Assembly (NCBI GenBank): GCA_035272665.1
Contig: DATEQL010000441.1
Coordinates: forward strand, 1 to 46,236
Origin: Stellaceae bacterium
Lineage (GTDB): Bacteria; Pseudomonadota; Alphaproteobacteria; ATCC43930; CGMCC-115725
Reading direction: 5' to 3'
Length of the DNA stretch: 46,236 nt
Shown here: piece after piece, positions 31,763-46,236 of the stretch
How the letters are laid out: every line of letters starts with the position of its first letter
How positions within the stretch are numbered: the stretch's first letter is position 1
Translations under genes and position numbers: made by a program
Notes under the pieces: generated by a model
The model's database searches: none
Told to the model about the DNA's origin: nothing
Seen by the model: only the letters and a program-made list of their open reading frames with translations

Positions 31763-31805
31763 CTCACTCGCTTCCCCGGGACTACATCTCGGGGAAGCGA
31801 GTGAG
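31763..31805 (-). terminator. perfect 16-bp hairpin 10 nt downstream of the rpoC stop
   Basis: ctcactcgcttccccg (31763-31778) pairs with cggggaagcgagtgag (31790-31805) across an 11-nt loop. No U-tract follows on the minus-strand RNA, so intrinsic-terminator status is uncertain. Confidence 0.35.
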
Positions 31806-31815
31806 GTCGGATCGC

Positions 31816-40322
<8,507 letters not shown>

Positions 40323-40554
40323 GCACACTCCTCGTTGTGGGCCGCCTAAGCAGACCCGATCCTGGTGGCTCGGTGATCCAACCCGCGCCGCGTCAACTCG
40401 ATATGCGACTTTCGTGCCAAGCCCCGCCGCGTCGTTGCGTCAGCGACGCCAAAACCCGGCGTGCGCGATAAATCGCGCCCCGGGATCGGTAGCCTCGGAC
40501 GCGGCCGCCGACAGCATCGGCGCCCGTCCCGATGTGACAAAGGTCGTGACAGAC

Positions 40555-40938
40555 CTACTTTATTTCGACAGTCGCACCCGCGTCTTCAAGCTGTTTTTTG
40601 ATTTTTGCCGCTTCTTCCTTGTTGACACCCTCCTTGACCGGCTTGGGCGCCGCCTCGACGAGATCTTTGGCTTCCTTGAGGCCAAGGCTGGTGATCGCCC
40701 GGACCTCCTTGATTACGTTGATCTTCTTCTCGCCGATTGCGGCCAAGATCACATCGAACTCAGTCTTCTCGACCGCTGCCTCGGCTGCCGGAGCCGGTGC
40801 GCCTCCGCCGAACGCCGCCACCGCGACGGGTGTCGCGGCCGAGACGCCCCATTTTTCCTCCAACATTTTGGACAACTGCGCCGCTTCGATCACACTCAAG
40901 GCCGACAGATCATCGACCAGCTTTGCCAAATCCGGCAT
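40555..40938 (-). CDS. rplL: 50S ribosomal protein L7/L12
   Basis: 127 aa, [34 protein letters not shown]...[11 protein letters not shown]. Confidence 0.97.
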   Translation of the reverse strand: MPDLAKLVDDLSALSVIEAAQLSKMLEEKWGVSAATPVAVAAFGGGAPAPAAEAAVEKTEFDVILAAIGEKKINVIKEVRAITSLGLKEAKDLVEAAPKPVKEGVNKEEAAKIKKQLEDAGATVEIK

Positions 40939-40993
40939 CTCTTACTCCTGAGGTCTGGGATAGAGGTTCTCGGGATTTCTTGACCTAAGGCGG

Positions 40994-41515
40994 CTAAGCG
41001 GCCTCGCCTTGGTTCTCGCTATATCGGGCGAGGACACGGGCGATCTGTCCAGCGGGCGCCTGGAGAACGACGGCAAGCCGCGTCGCCGGCGCTTGGAGCA
41101 AGCCGACGAGCATGCCACGCAGTCCGTCGAGCGAGGGCAGCCTGGCCAGTTCCCGGACCCCGGCGGCATCGATCTGGCGGCCTGGGAGCCCGCCCCCGAT
41201 GATGGTCAATTTATCGTTGCGGTTGGCGAACTCGACGACCACCTTTGCCGCTGCCACCGGGTCGCGCGAGAAGGCGATCGCCGTCGGGCCTGTAAACAAC
41301 GGTGACAGCGGCTCGAACGCGGTGCCGGCAAGAGCGCGCCGCGCCAGCCGGTTCTTGGTCACCCTGAAGCCTGCACCGGCGCCGCGTACCTGGCCCCGCA
41401 GTTGGGTAACCTCGGCGACACTGAGCCCGGATTGGTGGGTCACGACCACGCAAGCGGTGTCCGCGAGAACCTGCTGCAGCGTCTCGACCACCTGCTGCTT
41501 TTGTATCCGATCCAC
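40994..41515 (-). CDS. rplJ: 50S ribosomal protein L10
   Basis: The track ORF starts at ATG 41572. The conserved L10 N-terminus (V/M)DRIQKQQVVETLQQVLADTACVVV begins at the GTG at 41513-41515, with a GGAG Shine-Dalgarno 6 nt upstream. The longer form cannot be excluded. Confidence 0.9.
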   Translation of the reverse strand: MDRIQKQQVVETLQQVLADTACVVVTHQSGLSVAEVTQLRGQVRGAGAGFRVTKNRLARRALAGTAFEPLSPLFTGPTAIAFSRDPVAAAKVVVEFANRNDKLTIIGGGLPGRQIDAAGVRELARLPSLDGLRGMLVGLLQAPATRLAVVLQAPAGQIARVLARYSENQGEAA

Positions 41516-41686
41516 TCTCGTCTCCGAACCCGGTTCGCGAGCGCAGTCCGAGGACGCGCCCACCTGTTGCATACGAACTCCGTCGCGATCACGAGCCCGG
41601 TTGCCACCCTTCGGGCATCCCTACTTTGTCGCGCCGCGGCAGCATACCGAACTCTATCTCTTGCTGGAGCCCTCGCCCGGCGGCCC

Positions 41687-42394
41687 CTAAGGCCTCGCCT
41701 CATCGGAAAGGCCCGATAATTCGACCCTGACTCCCGGACCCATCGTCGAGCTCAGGCTGACTTTCTTGATATAGGTACCTCGGACGCCGCTCGGCTTGCC
41801 GCGCGTAATGGCGCCGACGAAGGCGCGCACATTATCCGCCAGCGCCGCATCCGTAAAGCTCGCTTTGCCGACGCCGGCATGGACGATCCCGGCCTTCTCG
41901 GCGCGGAACTCGACCTGTCCGCCCTTTGCGGCGCGAACCGCTTCGGCGACATTCGGCGTGACCGTACCGAGCCGCGGATTGGGCATCAAGCCGCGTGGCC
42001 CGAGGATCTTGCCGAGCCGTCCGACCAGCGACATCAGATCCGGGGTCGCAATCGCCCGGTCGAAATCGATCTGTCCGGCCTGGACCTTCTCGGCGAGATC
42101 TTCGGCCCCGACGATATCCGCGCCGGCGGTCTCGGCTTCCTTGGCGCGGTCGCCGCGCGCGAAAACCGCGACCCGGACGGTCTTGCCGGTGCCGTGCGGC
42201 AGCATCACCGTGCCGCGTAAGTTTTGATCGGGTTTGCGCGGGTCGAGGTTGAGGTTCATCGCGATCTCGACCGTCTCGTCGAACTTCGCCGAGGCACGCC
42301 CCTTAACCAGCTTGACCGCCTCGCCAAGCGAGTGCTGCACCGTCGTATCGACGCCCTCATAGGCCTTCTTGAGCCTTTTTCCCGTCATTGCCAT
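41687..42394 (-). CDS. rplA: 50S ribosomal protein L1
   Basis: Trimmed to the ATG at 42392-42394 ([31 protein letters not shown]). The ATG two codons downstream (42386-42388) has better spacing from the AAGGGAG Shine-Dalgarno. Confidence 0.93.
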   Translation of the reverse strand: MAMTGKRLKKAYEGVDTTVQHSLGEAVKLVKGRASAKFDETVEIAMNLNLDPRKPDQNLRGTVMLPHGTGKTVRVAVFARGDRAKEAETAGADIVGAEDLAEKVQAGQIDFDRAIATPDLMSLVGRLGKILGPRGLMPNPRLGTVTPNVAEAVRAAKGGQVEFRAEKAGIVHAGVGKASFTDAALADNVRAFVGAITRGKPSGVRGTYIKKVSLSSTMGPGVRVELSGLSDEARP

Positions 42395-42399
42395 CTCCC

Positions 42400-42831
42400 T
42401 TACTCCACGACATCGAGCCCCATCGACCGCGCCGAGCCGATCAGCATGCGGCACGCGCCATCAACATCCTTCGCATTGAGGTCCTGCATCTTCTGCTCGG
42501 CAATCGCGCGGATCTGGGCCATCGTCACCCGGCCGACCATGCTGCCCTTGCCGGCGGTCTGCGATCCCTTCTCTATCCCCGCCGCCTTTTTCAGGAAATA
42601 GGAGTTGGGCGGGCTCTTTGTGACGAACGCGAAGGAGCGATCGCCGTAAGCCGTGATCACTACCGGGACCGGCATGCCGGGCTCAAGGTTCTGGGTCGCG
42701 GCGTTGAACGCCTTGCAGAACTCCATGATGTTCAACCCGCGTTGGCCGAGGGCCGGGCCGATCGGCGGCGACGGGTTCGCTTTGCCGGCCGGAACGTGCA
42801 GCTTGATGATACCGACGACTTTTTTTGCCAT
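42400..42831 (-). CDS. rplK: 50S ribosomal protein L11
   Basis: 143 aa, [44 protein letters not shown].... Confidence 0.97.
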   Translation of the reverse strand: MAKKVVGIIKLHVPAGKANPSPPIGPALGQRGLNIMEFCKAFNAATQNLEPGMPVPVVITAYGDRSFAFVTKSPPNSYFLKKAAGIEKGSQTAGKGSMVGRVTMAQIRAIAEQKMQDLNAKDVDGACRMLIGSARSMGLDVVE

Positions 42832-42852
42832 GGGTTATGTTCGGTTCGAAGT

Positions 42853-43383
42853 TTAGACCTTCTCGACCTGCGAGTATTCGAGCTCGACCGGGGTGGCGCG
42901 CCCGAAGATCGACACGGCGACCTTTATCCGCGCCTTCTCTTCGTCGACCTCCTCGACGAGCCCGTTGAACGAGGTGAACGGTCCATCGCAGACCCGGACC
43001 TGCTCGCCGACCTCAAAGGTCACCGACGGCCTCGGTCGCTCTATCCCTTCCTCGACCTGCCGCATGATGCGGGCCGCCTCGGCATCGCTGATCGGCGACG
43101 GCCGACCGCGCCCGCCGAGAAACCCGGTGACCTTGGCGGTGTTCTTGACGAGATGCCAGGTCTCGTCGGTGAGGTCCAGTTTGATCAGCACGTAGCCCGG
43201 AAAAAACTTGCGCTCGGAGCTTACCTTGGCGCCGCGCTTGACCTCCACTATCTCTTCGGTGGGAACGAGGATCTCCTCAAACCTGTCGGCGAGACCTTTC
43301 TGCTCGGCCTGCTCGCGGATCGAGGCCGCGACCTTCTTCTCAAAGCCCGAATAAACGTGGATCACATACCAGCGGCTCGACAT
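42853..43383 (-). CDS. nusG: transcription termination/antitermination factor NusG
   Basis: 176 aa, [25 protein letters not shown]...; the C-terminal KOW region is [25 protein letters not shown]. Confidence 0.96.
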   Translation of the reverse strand: MSSRWYVIHVYSGFEKKVAASIREQAEQKGLADRFEEILVPTEEIVEVKRGAKVSSERKFFPGYVLIKLDLTDETWHLVKNTAKVTGFLGGRGRPSPISDAEAARIMRQVEEGIERPRPSVTFEVGEQVRVCDGPFTSFNGLVEEVDEEKARIKVAVSIFGRATPVELEYSQVEKV

Positions 43384-43401
43384 CGCCCGACGCCCCGGAA
43401 T

Positions 43402-43599
43402 CTACTGTCCCAGCCCGAAGATGAGCCGCACACCCGCCGAAAATATTTGATCGACCAGGAAGAAGAAAGCCGCCGCAATGAATACCATCACGAATACCAT
43501 GGCAGTGGTGACCACTGTCTCTTTGCGGCTGGGCCAGGTGACCCTCGCGACCTCCTGCCGAACCTGCTGAATAAACTCGGCTGCGTTCGTTCTTGCCAT
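43402..43599 (-). CDS. secE: preprotein translocase subunit SecE
   Basis: 65 aa with a single TM segment. MARTNAAEFIQQVRQEVARVTWPSRKETVVTTAMVFVMVFIAAAFFFLVD. It sits between tRNA-Trp and nusG. Confidence 0.93.
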   Translation of the reverse strand: MARTNAAEFIQQVRQEVARVTWPSRKETVVTTAMVFVMVFIAAAFFFLVDQIFSAGVRLIFGLGQ

Positions 43600-43705
43600 G
43601 ACCTCCTGACCTCGAGGGATGCGCTTCCCACCAAATCATATGGCGCCTCGCCTGCGCCCCTTCCAGCTATAGCCCGACCATGCGCCGATCGATGCAGTCA
43701 AAGAC

Positions 43706-43781
43706 TGGCAGGAGTGGAGGGGCTCGAACCCCCAACCCCCGGTTTTGGAGACCGGTGCTCTACCAGTTGAGCTACACTCCT
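43706..43781 (-). tRNA. tRNA-Trp (anticodon CCA)
   Basis: The reverse complement reads AGGAGTGTAGCTCAACTGGTAGAGCACCGGTCTCCAAAACCGGGGGTTGGGGGTTCGAGCCCCTCCACTCCTGCCA. It forms a cloverleaf with a 7-bp acceptor stem, the anticodon loop CT-CCA-AA and an encoded CCA end. Confidence 0.95.
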
Positions 43782-44013
43782 AAATCAATCACATGGAGAC
43801 TACCGGAGCTCCGACGCTACCCAACTTGCTACTGAAACTGCTCATTTCGGCCCGACGGCGGCGGCGGTTATAGCAGATTTGAACGCCATGTCGAGTTTTG
43901 CCGTGGCATCTTCCTGCATCGTCGGCGCGACGTGGCTGTACAGATCGGGCGCTTATCGACGAAGGGCCAGCCGCTCCTGTGCCACGCTGATCCGCCGCGA
44001 TGTTGCCACCTCC

Positions 44014-44330
44014 CTATTTGATGATTTTGGCGACGACGCCGGCGCCGACACCATCAGGATCGCCCCGTCCGTCTGCGCCGCCGGACAGTCGACATGCGCA
44101 TAGCGCCGGTTGGCCGTCTCATATTCGACATGCGCCGTGGCAATCGTGATCTCGCGCGCCCCGCCCCTCCGGCGCCTTGTCGATCTGGTCAAACGGCACG
44201 AACGTTGCCCCGCCGCTCTCGGCCAACACCTTGGTGATGGCCGCCGTCAACGTCGTCTTGCCTGGTCGATGTGACCGATCGTCCCGATGTTGCAATGCGG
44301 CTTCGTCCGCTGAAACTTCGCCTTCGACAT
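44014..44330 (-). pseudogene. tuf: internally deleted, frameshifted elongation factor Tu pseudogene (second tuf locus)
   Basis: 44014-44049 equals the last 36 nt of tuf (27298-27333). 44050-44330 aligns to tuf 28172-28488. About 838 nt are missing at a CGCCGAC microhomology. There is also a 36-nt deletion removing [12 protein letters not shown], a 1-nt deletion (gccatggtc to gcctggtc in GHIDHGKTT) and a 1-nt insertion near 44150-44165. Confidence 0.9.
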
Positions 44331-44411
44331 GGCTTCCGGCTTTCTTGTCGAAAAAGACTACACCACCCCGTCGGGCGTGCTTGCCCGTGACGTGGCAGCA
44401 CCGCGCAACGC

Positions 44412-44485
44412 TGGAGCGGGTGATGGGGATCGAACCCACATAGCCAGCTTGGAAGGCTGGAGCTCTGCCATTGAGCTACACCCGC
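44412..44485 (-). tRNA. tRNA-Gly (anticodon UCC)
   Basis: The reverse complement reads GCGGGTGTAGCTCAATGGCAGAGCTCCAGCCTTCCAAGCTGGCTATGTGGGTTCGATCCCCATCACCCGCTCCA. Anticodon loop CT-TCC-AA. Confidence 0.95.
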
Positions 44486-44535
44486 ATTCCACCCACCGGC
44501 TCGACCCTTGCGATCGCGCCGCGATCCCGAAGCGC

Positions 44536-44621
44536 TGGTGGAGGGGGTAGGATTCGAACCTACGAAGACGTACGTCGGCAGATTTACAGTCTGCTGCCTT
44601 TAACCGCTCGGCAACCCCTCC
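44536..44621 (-). tRNA. tRNA-Tyr (anticodon GUA), long variable arm
   Basis: The reverse complement reads GGAGGGGTTGCCGAGCGGTTAAAGGCAGCAGACTGTAAATCTGCCGACGTACGTCTTCGTAGGTTCGAATCCTACCCCCTCCACCA. Confidence 0.95.
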
Positions 44622-44946
44622 GGGATCGCGTGCCGCCCGGCGCAGCGGACGGGGGGTGATAGGGTTTCGCCCCCGATTTGTCAATCTGGGCTTTGTCAAC
44701 TGGCCCTGGTCCCACGTGGGGCCGCATGCTACAGCGGAGGGGCGCAGGCCATGAAGCGAGGAGTCCCTGAGGAAAGGCAGAAATGAGCCCTCTGCGGGCA
44801 CCCCCCATAAACGCGGCCGGCCGGCGCACCAGCCTGCGGCAGGCCGGGAGGAGCGGTCGAGCCGTCCGCCATCGCACCCCGCGCTTTCAGCTACATCGGC
44901 CGGCGGGCGAGCTAGTCCCGAGCGTTGGATTTATGGCCGGCATACG

Positions 44947-45663
44947 GTGGCCGCGGCGCTCGCAAACCCGGCACGACGCTGGCACCTGCTGGCCGCGCTC
45001 GCCGGGCAGGAACAGGAGGCGCGGGCCCTAGTCGCCGGCGCGCGGGCGGCGCGGCGCGGTGCCGGCGAGCCGATACGGGTGTTCGATCGCGGCGGGTTTA
45101 CGACGATTCTGCCTGAGGGGGCTGTCCACCAGGGGCTGGCGCTTGCCGTCGAGCCGCTCCCCGAGCCCAACTTCGACGACGTGCTACGGCGGGCCTCGGC
45201 GGCATCGGGCCGAAGCACCATCGTGCTGCTCGACCAGGTCAGCGACCCGCACAACGTCGGCTCGGTATTGCGCTCAGCGGCCGCCTTCGGCGTGCTCGCG
45301 GTGGTTGTCGCCGTGCACGGCGCGCCGGCCGTTGCGGGAGCCCTTGCCAAAGCAGCCTCGGGCGCCCTCGAAAGCGTACCACTGGTCCGCGTCGTCAACC
45401 TCGCCCGCGCCTTGGACAGGGTGAAGGACGCCGGCTTCTGGATTTGCGGGCTCGACGAAACCGCGCCGCGGACGCTTGCCGCACTCGATCTCGGCGAGCG
45501 GGTCGCGATCGTGCTGGGTTCCGAGGGCGGCGGCATGCGCCGCCTGGTGCGCGAGCGGTGCGACCATCTGGCACGGCTGCCGACACGCAGCGAGCAGCCG
45601 ACGATCAACGTCTCCAACGCCGCGGCAGTCGCCCTCTACGAGCTCGTCCGCGACGATCATTGA
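44947..45663 (+). CDS. rlmB: 23S rRNA (guanosine-2'-O)-methyltransferase RlmB (SpoU/TrmH family); the true 5' end is probably upstream
   Basis: 238-aa ORF from GTG 44947. SpoU motifs are present (DQVSDPHNVGSVLRSAAAFG, IVLGSEGGGMR, LPTRSEQPTINVSNAAAVALYEL). The conserved IYGRHTV motif lies upstream of the called start, in the same frame. See the finding on 44751-44949. Confidence 0.88.
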   Translation: MAAALANPARRWHLLAALAGQEQEARALVAGARAARRGAGEPIRVFDRGGFTTILPEGAVHQGLALAVEPLPEPNFDDVLRRASAASGRSTIVLLDQVSDPHNVGSVLRSAAAFGVLAVVVAVHGAPAVAGALAKAASGALESVPLVRVVNLARALDRVKDAGFWICGLDETAPRTLAALDLGERVAIVLGSEGGGMRRLVRERCDHLARLPTRSEQPTINVSNAAAVALYELVRDDH

Positions 45664-45982
45664 GCACCCGCCTGCGCCGGGCCCCTTCCCGCCTCGCCGA
45701 ACCGCTCAACACCCCGGCGCCGCTTGTCCCTCAGATCAGGGAGGCAATTCGCACGGCCCGCCCCACTCATGCCGAAACACCCTTTCTATCAAAGACTTGT
45801 GGCCTTTCTTGCCGCATCCGCTGAGGGAGCGCTGCAGGGACGAAAACGCAATGCTGAGGGACGCAGCAGGGACGGCCGGCGGCTCTCCTCTCGTCCCTGC
45901 CGATCGGGCCAACATACACCCCGACTGTGGCGCCAACATGACGCCGGCGCCGGCCTGAATGCCACAGCGTCGTCACGGCTGC

Positions 45983-46236
45983 TCAGAGCCGACTGATTAC
46001 CGTGTACATCAGATATACGAATAGGGTGGTCCCGAGCAGTAACAGCAGCATCGCGAGTGTAATATCCAGCCGCGCCCCAGGGCCAGGCCGCACCCCTTTT
46101 GCGTCGATTTCGAGCGAGATCTTGCGGAAGCGGATCGTGGCAAAAACCATCATCGCGCTACCCAACCCAACCAGCAGCAGGCCGGCGATGTTGCCGACGA
46201 TCTGACTGCCCGCCGGAAGGGATTGCGCGGCGACGG
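45983..46236 (-). CDS. small integral membrane protein, N-terminus outside the window (possibly TctB-like; unverified)
   Basis: The frame stays open from the window edge to the TGA at 45983-45985. It reads ...IVGNIAGLLLVGLGSAMMVFATIRFRKISLEIDAKGVRPGPGARLDITLAMLLLLLGTTLFVYLMYTVISRL, with two hydrophobic helices. The family assignment is a guess. Confidence 0.5.
   Translation of the reverse strand, partial: VAAQSLPAGSQIVGNIAGLLLVGLGSAMMVFATIRFRKISLEIDAKGVRPGPGARLDITLAMLLLLLGTTLFVYLMYTVISRL

Noticed and set aside
40500-40554. Short hairpin aggtc-N6-gacct just downstream of rplL, considered as an rplL-rpoB attenuator.
   Set aside because: It is only a 5-bp stem with a weak T-run, which is not distinguishable from chance.
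41516-41686. Possible L10(L12)4 autoregulatory leader upstream of rplJ.
   Set aside because: It is expected from general knowledge, but I could not identify a convincing conserved fold by eye. It also depends on which rplJ start is used.
45476-45958. Plus-strand ORFs 45476-45958 and 45724-45996 downstream of rlmB.
   Set aside because: Their translations are Arg/Pro/Ala-rich. They overlap the rlmB 3' end out of frame, lack a Shine-Dalgarno and have no family resemblance.

Overview
This is a 46.2-kb, high-GC window with alphaproteobacterial gene order. About 75% of it is the contiguous translation/transcription supercluster, all on the minus strand. In transcription order it reads tRNA-Tyr, tRNA-Gly, a tuf relic, tRNA-Trp, secE-nusG-rplKAJL-rpoBC, rpsLG-fusA-tuf, the S10 and spc operons through secY-adk, then rpsM-rpsK-rpoA-rplQ. 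The left 9 kb is an accessory catabolic-looking region. It holds two paralogous family-5 ABC substrate-binding proteins, an LLM/F420-type oxidoreductase, a DUF882/M15A peptidase, three amidohydrolase-2 genes (two are tandem duplicates) and a decayed DUF3237 gene. The right end has rlmB (+) and a partial membrane-protein gene. The most unusual item is a three-gene module inserted between adk and rpsM. It encodes an aliphatic-amidase-like CN-hydrolase whose catalytic Cys is Ala, a TrpB2-type PLP enzyme and an orphan 202-aa protein. Other notable items are an internally deleted tuf pseudogene at the canonical second-tuf locus and structured insertions in the normally tight rplB-rpsS and rpmD-rplO junctions. 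There are also REP-like palindromes bracketing the LLM gene, a probable 5' frameshift in rlmB at a C6 run, and a C-terminally extended S17. I saw no CRISPR array, IS element, integrase or rRNA. Many long ORFs in the track are antisense shadow ORFs or 5' over-extensions typical of high-GC DNA. The track also translates GTG/TTG starts as M.
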